Origin: Tubiluchus corallicola
Taxonomy: Eukaryota > Animalia > Priapulida
DNA length: 64,000 nucleotides
Direction of reading: 5' to 3'
Assembly: GCA_030141605.1 (NCBI GenBank)
Contig: JAQGDQ010000461.1
Coordinates: forward strand, 1-64,000
In this document: positions 1 to 12,531 of the stretch, piece after piece
Layout of the letters: each line of letters opens with the position of its first letter
How positions within the stretch are numbered: the first letter of the stretch is position 1
The notes under the pieces: generated by a model
Seen by the model: only the letters and a program-made list of their open reading frames with translations
Told to the model about the DNA's origin: nothing
Databases searched by the model: none
Program-made: the position numbers and the translations under genes

Positions 1-39
1 CTATGTCCCATTATTCTATTAGAAACCTCATGAACACGT

Positions 40-450
40 GTATGATGAACACGATATCAGCCATGACGACGACGATCACAACGACAACCACAACAAGTAA
101 GACGAAGACCAGGAAAATGATTGGACATAGCAAGGATGACAATAACAACAGTTTGGCAAATCAGGAACCAGCACTCCAGCCGCTAAGCCTCCTTAATAAA
201 CATTATTGTAGAGAAACCGGAAACTAATTTTATGCTAAGGATAATCATTTGGATTCAAAACACTGAACAGACATGTACTAAAAATAACGATAATAATGGT
301 AAGATGGTACAAACACTGATTTTCTAAAAATAAATATATTAATGGTTAAGACAGCAAAAGTAAGTACGATAATAGCAATGTGGATACTTACAATGATAAT
401 ACTGACAACAATAACCATGATAACAATGATAATGGTGATAATGATGAAAA
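40..450. repeat. Low-complexity trinucleotide-like region (GAC/AAC/GAT/AAT rich)
   Basis: Runs such as gacgacgacgatcacaacgacaaccacaacaag and atgataat motifs; these explain the T/I/M-rich spurious ORFs. Confidence 0.6.
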
Positions 451-1011
451 AGGTCACTGAGGTAAAGCAAATTAAACTTAGCAAAATAGGTATGACAATT
501 AAGATAAAACGTCACTGTGGTGAAACAGATGACCTGCACTGATTCTGATGGTCAGTAGAGTGTACATTAGGTAGCAAACATTTAGATCCAAACGTCACTA
601 AAGCAGTGAAACTTGGCACATATAGCTTTCAGTTGACAAGTTCACTGTACCGTGATAACTGACATTTGACTTTGGCTAGACGTGGTCTAATAATACGAGG
701 CGAGAAAAGTAGCCATATCTTCATCATATATTTGGCTGAAAAACTTGGAAACCCTGGACTTTGTTAGTAAATGGATGGGTGAACGCCTGTAATAATGCTT
801 TTGGGTGTTTTCACTTGACATTCTGCACCAGCTAGGCAGTATTTCTTTTGTTGTGGGAAGATGTGGGTGGGCTAATGTGAATAAATCTTTTAAGTCCAAT
901 TGCAAAAACTGATCAGACTGTCACTACTGCATTACTGATTTCCGTGAACATTACTTCAGAGTTTACGCTTTTACCAATAAAACTTCTGGTGTTTAGGAGT
1001 ATATGCCCCCT

Positions 1012-1998
1012 TTAATGACAGCAAAGAAGTTTTCGAAATGCGATCCGGAATTCCTTGTATTTCCAAGCGTAAATATACGGATTTATGGTAGAATTTCCAA
1101 ACATGAGAATGTCAAATAAAATTGCCATATTCTGGTACTCAGACTGGCCACTGTGGGCACCTTTAAATGCCAGGTAAGTATACAAGATGTAGGCTGGTGC
1201 AATGCATATAAACAAAATACCAATTACAACCACAAAAACACGCACTGTTCGCATTACACGCTTCACATTGTCTTCTATGTGATGACTGTGATCATCACCA
1301 TTTACTGCAGTAACTGGACTGTACAGTTTTTGCTCATTGCGTATACGCTTGGACTGGTACCAAGCAACTCTCATAATTTGTACGTAAAGAACGACCATGA
1401 GGATGAACACAACTAAGTAGTGTATGCACAAAGCAAGAATGTGGTACTTATTGATGAACGCCTCGAAGTAACAAGAGGCATCGAAGTTGCTGATCGTTAC
1501 AGCAGGAATATAAAAAAGCAATATGGCATACACCCAAACAACAACTGTTGTGAATGTTGCACGTTTCTTCGTAACAATGCTATGGTATCGCAATCCGTAC
1601 ATTATGGCAATGTAACGATCCATCGCTATGCCCAGAAGATTGAACACAGAAACAGCAGTAGTGATAACTGGAGCTCCAATTCTAAAGTAACAGACATACA
1701 ATGGCTGACTACCCTCCACCAGTGCCTTCACTCCCATGTCAGTTTTGTCCCAGATGATCATGATGGCAACACCTACGGCAACGGTCAAATCAGCTGCGGC
1801 TAGGCTAACAACAAAACGATTGCATGTTGTCTGTAATGATTTACATCGTCTGACAGCAACTATTACCAAGGTGTTGGAGAAAATGATGCTGATTATTAGC
1901 AGACATATTGCTGTGGTATAGATCTGGTCACCCAGGGACCCTGGACCACTCTCGGGAGAAGTTGTTGAATTTAAGACTAGCATTTCTTCTCGACCCAT
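1012..1998 (-). CDS. Class A (rhodopsin-like) GPCR, adenosine/GPR119-like orphan, about 328 aa, no intron in the 7TM-coding region
   Basis: Seven hydrophobic segments, N-terminal sequon NST, TM1 SNTLV, TM2 SLAAAD, TM3 C...MDRY, TM4 W, TM6 CIAP, TM7 NPYIY, helix 8 EFR, C-terminal CC. ATG at 1998; splice acceptor ttttttcttccag| puts the exon start at 2023. Confidence 0.95.
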   Translation of the reverse strand: MGREEMLVLNSTTSPESGPGSLGDQIYTTAICLLIISIIFSNTLVIVAVRRCKSLQTTCNRFVVSLAAADLTVAVGVAIMIIWDKTDMGVKALVEGSQPLYVCYFRIGAPVITTAVSVFNLLGIAMDRYIAIMYGLRYHSIVTKKRATFTTVVVWVYAILLFYIPAVTISNFDASCYFEAFINKYHILALCIHYLVVFILMVVLYVQIMRVAWYQSKRIRNEQKLYSPVTAVNGDDHSHHIEDNVKRVMRTVRVFVVVIGILFICIAPAYILYTYLAFKGAHSGQSEYQNMAILFDILMFGNSTINPYIYAWKYKEFRIAFRKLLCCH

Positions 1999-3635
1999 CA
2001 CTAGTATTTGTGCGTTTCTTTGCCTGGAAGAAAAAACAAACTATATTATTATCGTGGAATCAGTTATAAGGGTCCTCTATGTATATCGGCTATGGGAAAC
2101 AAATCCGGCACCAAACTTGGAAATTTTTGGACATTCAGCATTAAAGCAGCTTTAAACAAAAATATACTTCCATTAACAAATTAACAATTATTTATTCATA
2201 AATTATAACATCAAAAATATTAGTAGTGAAACACTCAAAACTTCATACACGAAAATCAAACGGGTTCGTTTTGAAAGGTAAAGGTGTCGTCATCATTGTG
2301 TAAATCATCGTCAGCAACAACAACAATAACGACAGCAGTAGGTGACGAACAGTAGAAAAAGGCAAACTATGCCTCTGTTTTACATTGCAAATAAAATTTA
2401 GCCGCTAGCTATGCGCATGTTAACCACATATATGTGATGTTTTGGGGGTTTTGAAAGCTTGTTGAACGTGATTCGGTTAATGGAACTGGAGCAATGTAAA
2501 AGGAACGTTTTCTGAAATAACATTTGGTGTGCTGCCTCCACCTTTCAATTTAGTATATTCGCATTGGCCTATAATTGTATGCTTAATTAAACGTGGGTAA
2601 CTAATTCAACAAGTGATGTACATGTTTGACATCCCCAATGGAAAGACTTTGTTGACTAACCCAGTAAAAAGAACGACTATCAGTTTAGTCGTTACAACTG
2701 TTGCTACAATTACGTAACTAGACATAGCAAAGAGAATAATTAGAGATGAGGAAGTTGACGTAAAAATACGACTTGCATACTATGACGGCTGAACAGGATG
2801 GTCGTGGTGTGTGGTTAGGTGTTATCACGGTCAGTATCTGCTCTAATTGTTTGACTCTGTCCGTTTTTTAAGTGAATTTGCAGTCTGGTCTGTTTGAGGT
2901 TTCATCTGCCAGAGGGTGGTCAATGGTTTATGTGTCGGGGATCCAGGCTGCTTGGGGGCTGATCTGTCTGAGGGCTAGCTGAGGGCTAGTCTACGAATGT
3001 ACGCAATGTTTCTGTAAAGGGTAGTTTACTTGAAACCGGAACCACTGATGACGTCATACCGGTGGCTGTATTGGGAAATTGAAAAATTTAATGAAACATC
3101 CCACAATTAAAAGAAAAGAAGAAAATAGGGGTTTTTATATACTTGTCATTAAGAATTCAATTTGCGTTAGCACGCAGTCTATGTATGTGCGAAAATTTTC
3201 AAGTTCCTACGATGGAACTTGTTCCTTGTGACATCTTTCAAAAATAAATGTACACAAGTATCCTCAACAGCATGATCAAAAACTAGTGATCCGTGTCAAA
3301 TTCAAATTTTTTTGTAAAAAATCTTCCAGTTTCTTGCCTTTATAACCATATGTGTAGGCGTCGACCCCCATTCTTATGCCAATAAGCTTTAAACAGACAC
3401 CTATGACATATGAAATCCCAGGTCCCAGCCCAGTCAAACCTGCCACAGAACAGACATTTGATAGATTACAGTAATGCCCCTAATAGATACCCCAAACAAA
3501 TCAGACACCAGTCACAGACCAAACCAGACAAAGCGGTGACACAACTCTATCACCAAGAGAAAGAAGCAAATCTAATCCAAATTTAGACTATTTTCAGACA
3601 GCGGCAAGACCCAACCACTATAAAAACCCTACACT

Positions 3636-3780
3636 AGTTTGTTACATAATACAGAATTAATGGTTACATAGCGACAAAAAATATTACATAACAATGCAAA
3701 ACTTATTACATAATGATTGTTACACCTTGCAGCAATTTTGTTACGTGATGATGCATTGTTACATAATGTTACATAGGATT
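3636..3780. repeat. Degenerate short-motif array (GTTACATAAT); a related array lies at about 4670-4830
   Basis: Repeated ttgttacataat / ggttacata / attacataa motifs in both segments. Confidence 0.45.
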
Positions 3781-5367
3781 AGGAAACTCATAGCAAACAG
3801 CTCTGGTGCTATCGAAAGATTTTTTTGCAATTAAACACTAAAAGGAATCCATGCTAATACACTGTAACGTTAAAACTCAGTAAAAGAAATACACAAGACA
3901 CTAAACATAGTTTTAAAGAATTTTCATGTGTTTATGTATTTAAATATCACCGCAACAATGCTTTACAGAGAATGATATTGGTGACGATGAGGCCCAGTTG
4001 CCAAGCTGCAGTGCAATTATTAGTGGTACTTAACAGGCTAATTTCATCCCTCCTCCTTTTTGCGTGCAGATTAAACTAAATATTCTATCTGCTTAAAACT
4101 AATATTCTAAATATGAATGTGGATTATTGTGTGATTAAGACAATTAATCTGGCACGATTTATGCTTTTAATAATATTGAAATGCCAAACGTTACAAAATC
4201 AAAAAATACGAAAGTTTGCACGTTTTTTACCCAGGAACAAGAATACTAAAACGTCACGGAAAGAACATGCATGTGACATTAAAGCCTGCACTAAAACGGA
4301 AAAGATGCAGAAGATTTTAGGCGAAATCTGCATTCACGGTGGCCTTCAGTTTTCATCTACTTTCACGCTGTGAAATGTGCCTACAATCTACGGTACAACC
4401 TGCTTCTAATATAAGAAAGGAAGAAGTGACTTCCCATAACCAGTGATATCAGAGTGGCAAATAAGCAAAGTTAAGGAGAGCCTGATACACAGCTTGGATG
4501 AAATTCTGCCAAACGTTAGGAGAAATCTAAAAATCGGCATAAGACGTGAAAATAACTCTGACACGTAGAAACAGACGCTTTTATTAATGTTATCTATTCA
4601 TATGTGTTACATGTGCTGCATTGATTATATATATATATATATGTGTGATCACTGACCAAGACCATCCTGTTACAGAATGCACTATTTAGTTGCACAATAA
4701 TTGGTTACAAAACAACACAAAAATTGCTACGTAATGATTATCATGCAGTGATGTAAGGTTTGTTACATAATGGCGAATTTTGTGATTTGTTACAAAATGC
4801 TGCACTTTTACGTAATGCCTATTTACATATAATTCCCATATGTAGGAGTGTTGTTGTTATGACTAGGCCGTTCAAAAGAGTCAGAAGACGTAGAAGAGCG
4901 TTGATGGGCGTTTAGTTTTATTTTCCCTAGTACTGCAACAGCGCTGTACTAATATTCTGTACAAGTTTGCAGATACTGTAAGATTCAGACAGGTAAAGGT
5001 TTTTTACTTTAATGTGAATTTGCTGTACTTAACTACATGTAAATGCTGGTGGATTATAGACGTAAATCCGTAAATCCCGATAGATTTATAGGCTATTACT
5101 TTCTTCAACGTGTATTGAGCCTCTTCTGGACGTAGCCGGCATTATGTTATTGTCAAGTGCAGACACGAGAGATGGGCAACTCTTCGTGAGTTGAACGTGA
5201 GGGGTTTAGGAAAATTTTTCACCAGTTCTGAAGTTCAGTAAAAATGACGTAAAGAAAATAGAACAACTTCGTACCAACACGTTTTAAACCCGTGACTGAT
5301 GATAATTAGCCTTCTCGCCCATTGACATCATACTAGAGCTCTCGTTTATTATAGTCATAATTCAATA

Positions 5368-6086
5368 CAGTGGACTCTCGTTATAAGAATCACCTCGGGA
5401 GAAGGCAAAGTGATTCTTATAACGAGCATGACCCAGAATTGCTTTAAAAAAATTTTTATGCACATAAAAATTATTTATTTCCCGAAATTACGCTAGAAAC
5501 GACATGAAACAGCATAATGTTTTTCTGGCCTAAAAAGGACCTAAAAATTCCTAGACTAATGTTTTTATTTAATGGTTGGGTAAATATTTCATGATGCCAG
5601 AATTGCCTTGAAATTTTTTTAATGCACATAATTTTTTTTCCGAAATTGTGCTGGAGACGACAGAAAACTCTACATCTACTGCTTGAAAAATATCGATAGC
5701 TTTGCTTCATTTCTCCTCTGGTGAGGCGGTCAATTTCGGCTCCCAACCGTTTCAATTGAAGGTTGTCCTCGAAGCCTCGTGCCACCAATCCGAGTTTGGT
5801 TTTCCGTTTGGATGCCATTTTTCAACTGACTGACACGCAAACAAACAAATTTGAAATCTCTGTGGTGTCCGCCACGCCCACTGCGCAGAACCATGTAAAC
5901 AGGGCATGAGAGACTGGTGCCAACAATGGAGTTGGTGCCAAAATTGATTCTACTATCGAAAGAAGGGTGATTCTTATACGAGCGGATTTTCACTAGGAAA
6001 ATGCCGATTCAATTCGGGAAACGCGATTTTGATTCTTATATCGAGCTGATTCTTATACGTGTGATTCTTGTAACGAGAGTCCACTG
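5368..6086. mobile_element. Non-autonomous Tc1/mariner (pogo/Tigger-like) MITE, 719 bp
   Basis: 26-bp TIRs CAGTGGACTCTCGTTA(T/C)AAGAATCAC (25/26 identical), TA on both flanks (5366-67, 6087-88), subterminal TGATTCTTATA repeats. Confidence 0.9.
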
Positions 6087-6087
6087 T

Positions 6088-6260
6088 ATGATGATGATGA
6101 TGGTGATGATGATGATGACGACGACGACGACAACGACGACTATGATGACGATGACGATGACGACGATGATAATGACGATGACGATAAACGATGATGATGA
6201 TGATGGTGATGATGATGATGATGATGACTTTGATAATGACGATACTACTGATGATGAAAT
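6088..6260. repeat. Compound (GAT)n/(GAC)n microsatellite
   Basis: Directly visible; starts at the right TSD of the MITE. Confidence 0.95.
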
Positions 6261-7129
6261 GACGCCAGTCATGATGGTGAAGAAAACAGTGGACTTGCGA
6301 ATCTTCCTATAATTGGAAAGAATTCTGCTTTTCACTACTTTTTGCCAAGCACTTTTTACTACTCTTTTATGGATTATTCACTGCTGTTGATAAAGGTAAC
6401 TTTTCGTTGAGAATGTTGACAAAAAGTTTTCTATTAACCTCCTAAAAAGACCACTCGTTACAGGTTCTAGGCTCGCATTTCTTTTAAAACCAGTCATTCA
6501 GTAATAGTAAGTTTATCACTGAAGGTTAGATTTTTCAAAGAATTGTGATTTGACTGAATTTCTACTGTTTTAAATGATTATAAAACTCACATAATCAAGG
6601 TATGCCTCTGCTTTAAAGATGCACAGAAGTAAGCCGTGTGTTTCAGTCTCATGTAGCGGCTATTTTTCAGACACAGCCACACCTAAAAGCTACTGCAATA
6701 TTACATCAGCACACCAATATTAATGACACGCTTTTCAGTATAGGCCTAGTGCACAGTGTAGTTTTGTGCACTGCATATATCCGGGTTTCATCATTTTCTG
6801 TTGACAAGATGTTCAGATAATTACTCATTTAACGCACAATTAAGTAACTTGGTAAATAAGAAATTAATGCGTTTATGACCGCTACCGACGCGATGTGGCG
6901 AAAAGCTGCTCAGCTTTCAGCATCACATCACATCAATTATATTATAAGCCTACGATAATAAGCTACTGTATGCACAATTTTAAAGTTATAAAAAAATCTC
7001 AAACGGTATTTAGCGCTTTATTTCGAATCAAAATTCATATTTACACGCACAAAATAAAAAACAAACATAAAAAATACATGCACCACAATTACACGACATC
7101 TACAACATTACATACTACATACACAAAAG

Positions 7130-7880
7130 ATAAAGATAAATTATCCAGTGATGCTTAGCACCAAAAAGTGTCTAACTATAATTACAATATAACAAGATCC
7201 TCCACTGTCTTCTAATGTCAGAAGTGTATGCCACTTTCAGTTAAAGCTTTAATTAATGAATTTGTACTACACATTACTCTCATGTACAAACTGTAAGCCA
7301 TTTTCCTGTGTATAACATCAAAGATGTAACATTATGATTTAATGAAATTATTCTAGCACTCTCATCGTATGAATAAGTGAACAGTTTCCGTTTAGAGATG
7401 TTATGAGCTACTTTAAGTTTAGTTAAACTGTAGTTATAAAAATGCCACCGCGTTGCCATACCATAGAATGAATTACAATACGAATTGAACAAACAAGTTT
7501 TAACGCTATTTGTACAATGATAAAATTTTCTCAAGATACTGTTTGCTCTAACATAGTAAATACTTCTTTGCCTAATAATATCAATGTCATCTCTATTATC
7601 TCTAGAAATTATGTGGCCAAGATACTTCTCCGTTTCGCACGGAAGAATTACGCTACCAGCTATTGTAATAGACCCAAAAATGAACTGACGCATACTGGGG
7701 GGAGCAATGCTTAGAAGTTTCGTTTTTTCAACTTTTAACATCATGTCATGTTTGTCAGCGTAGCGAATATGTGTATTCGCTAGAGTTTGTAAAGCTGTTG
7801 CGTCGAAGCTAACAAACATTCATCGTCTGCAAACATCAAGTGATTGATGTACGTATTTCCAATTTGGCAGCCAAGACTGC
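7130..7880 (-). mobile_element. 5'-truncated non-LTR retrotransposon (LINE) fragment, RT C-terminal part, frameshifted
   Basis: Minus strand reads LGCQIGNTYINHLMFADD at about 7875-7822, then in another frame KYLGHII...YVRANSILRKFYHC...KTCLFNSYCNSFYG (ORF 7280-7819). Confidence 0.85.
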
Positions 7881-9364
7881 TGGGATACTTGATTGGACAG
7901 CACAGGAATCCTGTACGTAACAACAATTATCAGTTTCTAGTATTAAAATCTAAGATTTGCTTCAGCTATGGACTTATCACTAAAAAGAACTTTACGTTCC
8001 ACCATTTTGAATGATTACTGTTGCTTGTTAAATTATTTAATATGTTACATCTTTAAAATTTTAACTAGAAGAGACATACAAAATGTAAACGAATGTTTGA
8101 AAAATATCTTGTTTTTATGTCGCATGAATCAGAACTTTCAAAAAAATATTATATCGTATTGTACAAAAATATTGTAGATCAATTCTGGTATGCCATTCTG
8201 AGCAAGAGAAGTTTGTTAAGGAAATCTTGTCACTTTTTCTCCAATGTGCACGGTCACTTTTCCCTCGTCACAGATAGCTTAAAGTGAAACTTGTCATAAA
8301 AATATTAGTTCGTGCAGATTAGGCTTTAATTTTTACGTAATTACGTACTTTACTTTAATTAAACGTAACTTGCATGACTTGGATCATACATAATTTGATA
8401 CTATTCTATTCACTATAGACTATTTATTATTCATATACTATTCACTAATTTGTGAGTTTAATAGAAACTAACAGAAGAAATAATAAGTCTAACCGCCATC
8501 AACAGAATTACGTTATTTTACGTACATGCGGGTCTGCATAATGGCTGTTTCAAGTAGATTATGCAAGTTATTCACAAATACTAACGCGGCTCAAGGCCAC
8601 AAAAATATATGCATTCGAATTCCCTAAGGGCTAAGGCAAAGTTGAATTAGACGGAGTCAACAGTATAGTGTAACTTACGTTGTCTTTACATGCGAAGAGC
8701 TCTGTTACCACTCCTTTATGAGGCTTAGAAAAAGCTTGCTAGATTTAGGTTCACAACTTACGCACAAGTATGTACAAGAGCAGTCATCATTTTGTCACAC
8801 CGTGTTGTACCGAGTTTTTTCGAGTTTATACTGCAAGAATATGTTCTATGTTGACACAAACAGTTTGCGACAGCTACTTGTTATAACAGTTCGAGAAAAT
8901 GAAATTTTCCCTACAATTCAATAAACTTTTCATTCGTAAATACATAGATCTATACGTTGGGTTAACAACGCAACAAACTAGCTAATCAGCATAGTAGTAA
9001 CAGGCAATGTAGTTATGCTAACCGGTAATTCTTAACTTTTATCTCAAGTCCCTGCAGCTGCCGCAGAACTGATATAGGTCTATTGGTATCCTGTTTTGCG
9101 CGCATGCGCTGTGTTTCTATGTAGTATGTGTATTCTACGATGATTGCGCTTTAATGCTCTAGAAACTAGAGACTGTCAAAATAAATAAAACTTACAATGT
9201 AATTTTTGTCTGTGCATTTGCGAGCATAACGCGAGTGACTTCATGAGCTTATTCTGCTTTCGTTTATAAACATTTATTTCACCATTCTATAATAGATTTA
9301 TTTAAAGCAGGACGTTTCGGGTATTCCTAAACCATTCTCAAGACAGCAATTAACGGTGTAATTA

Positions 9365-9365
<1 letters not shown>

Positions 9366-9424
<59 letters not shown>
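9366..9424. repeat. (TA)n(TG)n microsatellite
   Basis: Directly visible. Confidence 0.95.
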
Positions 9425-9425
<1 letters not shown>

Positions 9426-12400
9426 GTAAAAAAATTCTAATGTGAATCCAACCTTGCTGATATTTCAAATTAGAATAGTTTGGGAATAAACGAAAACTCC
9501 TTCCTTAAATAAATCTATTGACCAACATACTGTAACAATTAATAGTAATAACCTTGATGAAATGCATCCACAATCATTAGGTATTTGAACCACAATTATA
9601 ATTTCTTGCCTTGCCACCCTACAAGGGACTCTGTTGTCTCTGTGAGGTTATGGCCTTGGCCGTAATTCATATGCGCTTCCTTCAAACCCACGGGTTCAAT
9701 TCTGACTTGACAGTTCTTTCATTTCAGTCACTATTGTTGGTTAATGTGGTTCTTCAATACTTTTGAAATTAAAATTGCAGGTAATTATTATTAATAATCA
9801 AAGTCTCATGTATTCGGGAAAAAACAAGTTTATATGAAGTTTACAAGACGAGGAATGACGATAACGCACAGTAACTAAACTAACAAGAAAACTATTCGAT
9901 TCTTGATGTTAATGAAAACATTCAACTTTACAGGAAAGAACAACATCTGTTTGCCATATTTTCCATCTACGAGTAATTACTGTAGTTGATCTTTCAGTTG
10001 ACTTGTTAATTGACAAGCAGTTTTAATGTATGTATAAGGAACCTGCGCGCCAGAACGTAATAGCTATGGACGTTAAGCCGGAACTTCTGCGCATTTTTCA
10101 GTTTCGTTTGTCCATCTGATTTGGCCATTTTTCCATCATCACCCTTACCTACAGATTATACGAAGAGAACATTGTGCACTAGCCTGTTTGACAGTACACT
10201 CTGGGTTAGTTTGCTGTGATCCAAATGGTCTGCCAGCAAGTTTGCGTGCAGTTACTGTGAGTACACTCGCTCCGTCGTTCGTTTGTTCTTTCATTCAGTC
10301 ATTCTTGAATTTACTTGTTTGGTCGGTTTTCAACACCAGGCGGCCGGCATTCATTCATTTAAATATTTTTCTGCAGCCACTAATCTATTTATTTGTATTT
10401 TTTGTTATGTTGAAAAACGTTACCAAAATTAAAAACATTGTGTTAAATAATCAAGTAAGTTATCAAGATTCTGCTAGATGAAACCTTGAAAGCCACTTAC
10501 CACTAATGCTCCTGACTCAAGGGTGGTCTTTCTGCTGAAGTACAATAGCTACAATGTTCTGAGCTTCAGGAAGTATAACAGATTTGCACAATTTTTTCCT
10601 GTTTCTCTCCCACTCTGCAGCATTCAACAAAGAATCCATTCACGTAGACACGGCAGTTCTTATAAACAGCAGTGGACAATGTAACGGACGCTGTGATGGC
10701 AGATCCAGGATTCGTTACTGAAGAAAAACTTGCTCAGCTCAGCAATTTTCTTCTAAAACAGTATCAAAATCGATACCCATTTTACCGCTAAGAGTTTCTG
10801 CAGTTTGCCATTTGATTTGTCGATTTTTCTTTTATGATTGAAAATTTGAAATTATGTATTAATTGTATATACTGCCTTACATCCTCCCCAGATGAAGGAA
10901 ATCAAACGACTGTTTACATTTGTGTACTAGCAAACATACCAGAAATATGGTTTCAGGTAAAGAGGCGTAAACAAATGGCTTCGCGGGGATGTCAGGAACT
11001 AATGCAACGCTATCAGGAATCATTTTGTTGTGCATGGAATGAGCCGGCTGACCTTCATACTAACTGGAATGGTGTTACAAAAACAGCCTTGAACGTGTCG
11101 ATGATAGCCGTGAATATATAACTGGAACACGTAATTTGATAATATAATGATTTTTTTCGATGGATTACTCAGCTTGATTGCACTAATTAGTAATTAGCTG
11201 CACTTATGAGCTAACAAAATATTACTCAGTTTAAGTTAAGTTTTATTATAAATTTTAAATAGTTAACATGGAATAACTTTAATTATTATGTATCACTAGC
11301 GAATTGTGGTAATCGATTCTAAAGTGATTACAAATTGCCATAACAATAACGCCAATTTTAAATAACAACAATTCAGCGCATAATTTCGACAAATTCACAA
11401 GGCGGACCAATATTCACAATAGTATATTAAACGGTGTACGTACTAAAATTTAAATTGTGACTTTGGTTTTTACTAATGTCCAAAAAATGAACAACTTTAA
11501 AACGAAGCCAACATTCACCATTCTTTCAATATCCACATTAATGAAGAAGCTGTTACTTCCACGGATTTCCTCAAATGAAGTAAAAATTAGCAGATGTGAA
11601 ACTACTGAAAAGCATATTCTGCAGTACCACCTAATGCTGAAGTGTTAAATTTTATATACTTTACAAATTAATTTGTTGGTGAGCCAGATCTTACAAAATT
11701 GATGCTAGATCCTGTTGTTATTACTTGCAAGATCATTATCAAAACGTTATGATAGGACATTAATCATAATCAATTCAGCAACAAGAAAATGTAACCTCTT
11801 TTGTTTTTACAGTCGCCAATGATGCAAGTGTACATAAAGCGTTGAATATGGCTGAGTTTTTTCCAATTTGATTAGCTGAGGAAGTGATCTGTTTAGTTTT
11901 CGTGTTTGTTTTTGGAAGATGCGCAAGTCCAATATTGACATTCCTTGGTGAACTTAATTTTGATTGGCAAGTCTTCCTGTTGCTTGTGCTATGCCGTGGA
12001 CGAGTCACCAGGACGACGTTTCGTCATCAACCCACGTTCGTTGAATGTCGTAAATGAAATGGCGTAAATATTGACACTGTTGAGTTGACATTAATCCGGA
12101 AACACGTCGAGTGAAGTTCGATCTAGTAAACATGGAATGCATGACCTTGTCGGGCTTCACTGAGAAATCTTCTATGGGCAGCAGCCCAAAAAGTAAAATG
12201 TGACCTATTAGGTGTGATAAAGTTCTTCACGAAAGGATTTTTATGAAAACATAATTTTTTATATCAGTCTCACATCTTAATTTTTATAGCAAATGAGAAC
12301 ATGCGCACCCAAGTCTAATTTGCAATGCATGGAACACACAAATAAAAAACATCACTAGTTTCAAAGGCACGTCGTGAACCGTGTAACTATCACAGAACAA

Positions 12401-12531
12401 AGAAGCTTTCCTTCACGGGTCTCAACGTGTACCGAGAACACAAAATGTTTTAATAGTTATTATTCAGGTGAAAGGAAACGGACAAACATTATATGAAATC
12501 ACTAATATTAATTGTTGTGAGGTTTTTATAT

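Noticed and set aside
3-542. Short ORFs rich in T, I, M and H
   Set aside because: They arise from low-complexity trinucleotide sequence and show no domain or splice support.
1153-1921. Plus-strand ORFs over the GPCR
   Set aside because: Antisense shadows of the real coding strand.
5471-6335. ORFs with poly-M/T/D or poly-S/I/V
   Set aside because: They lie within the MITE and the GAT/GAC microsatellite.
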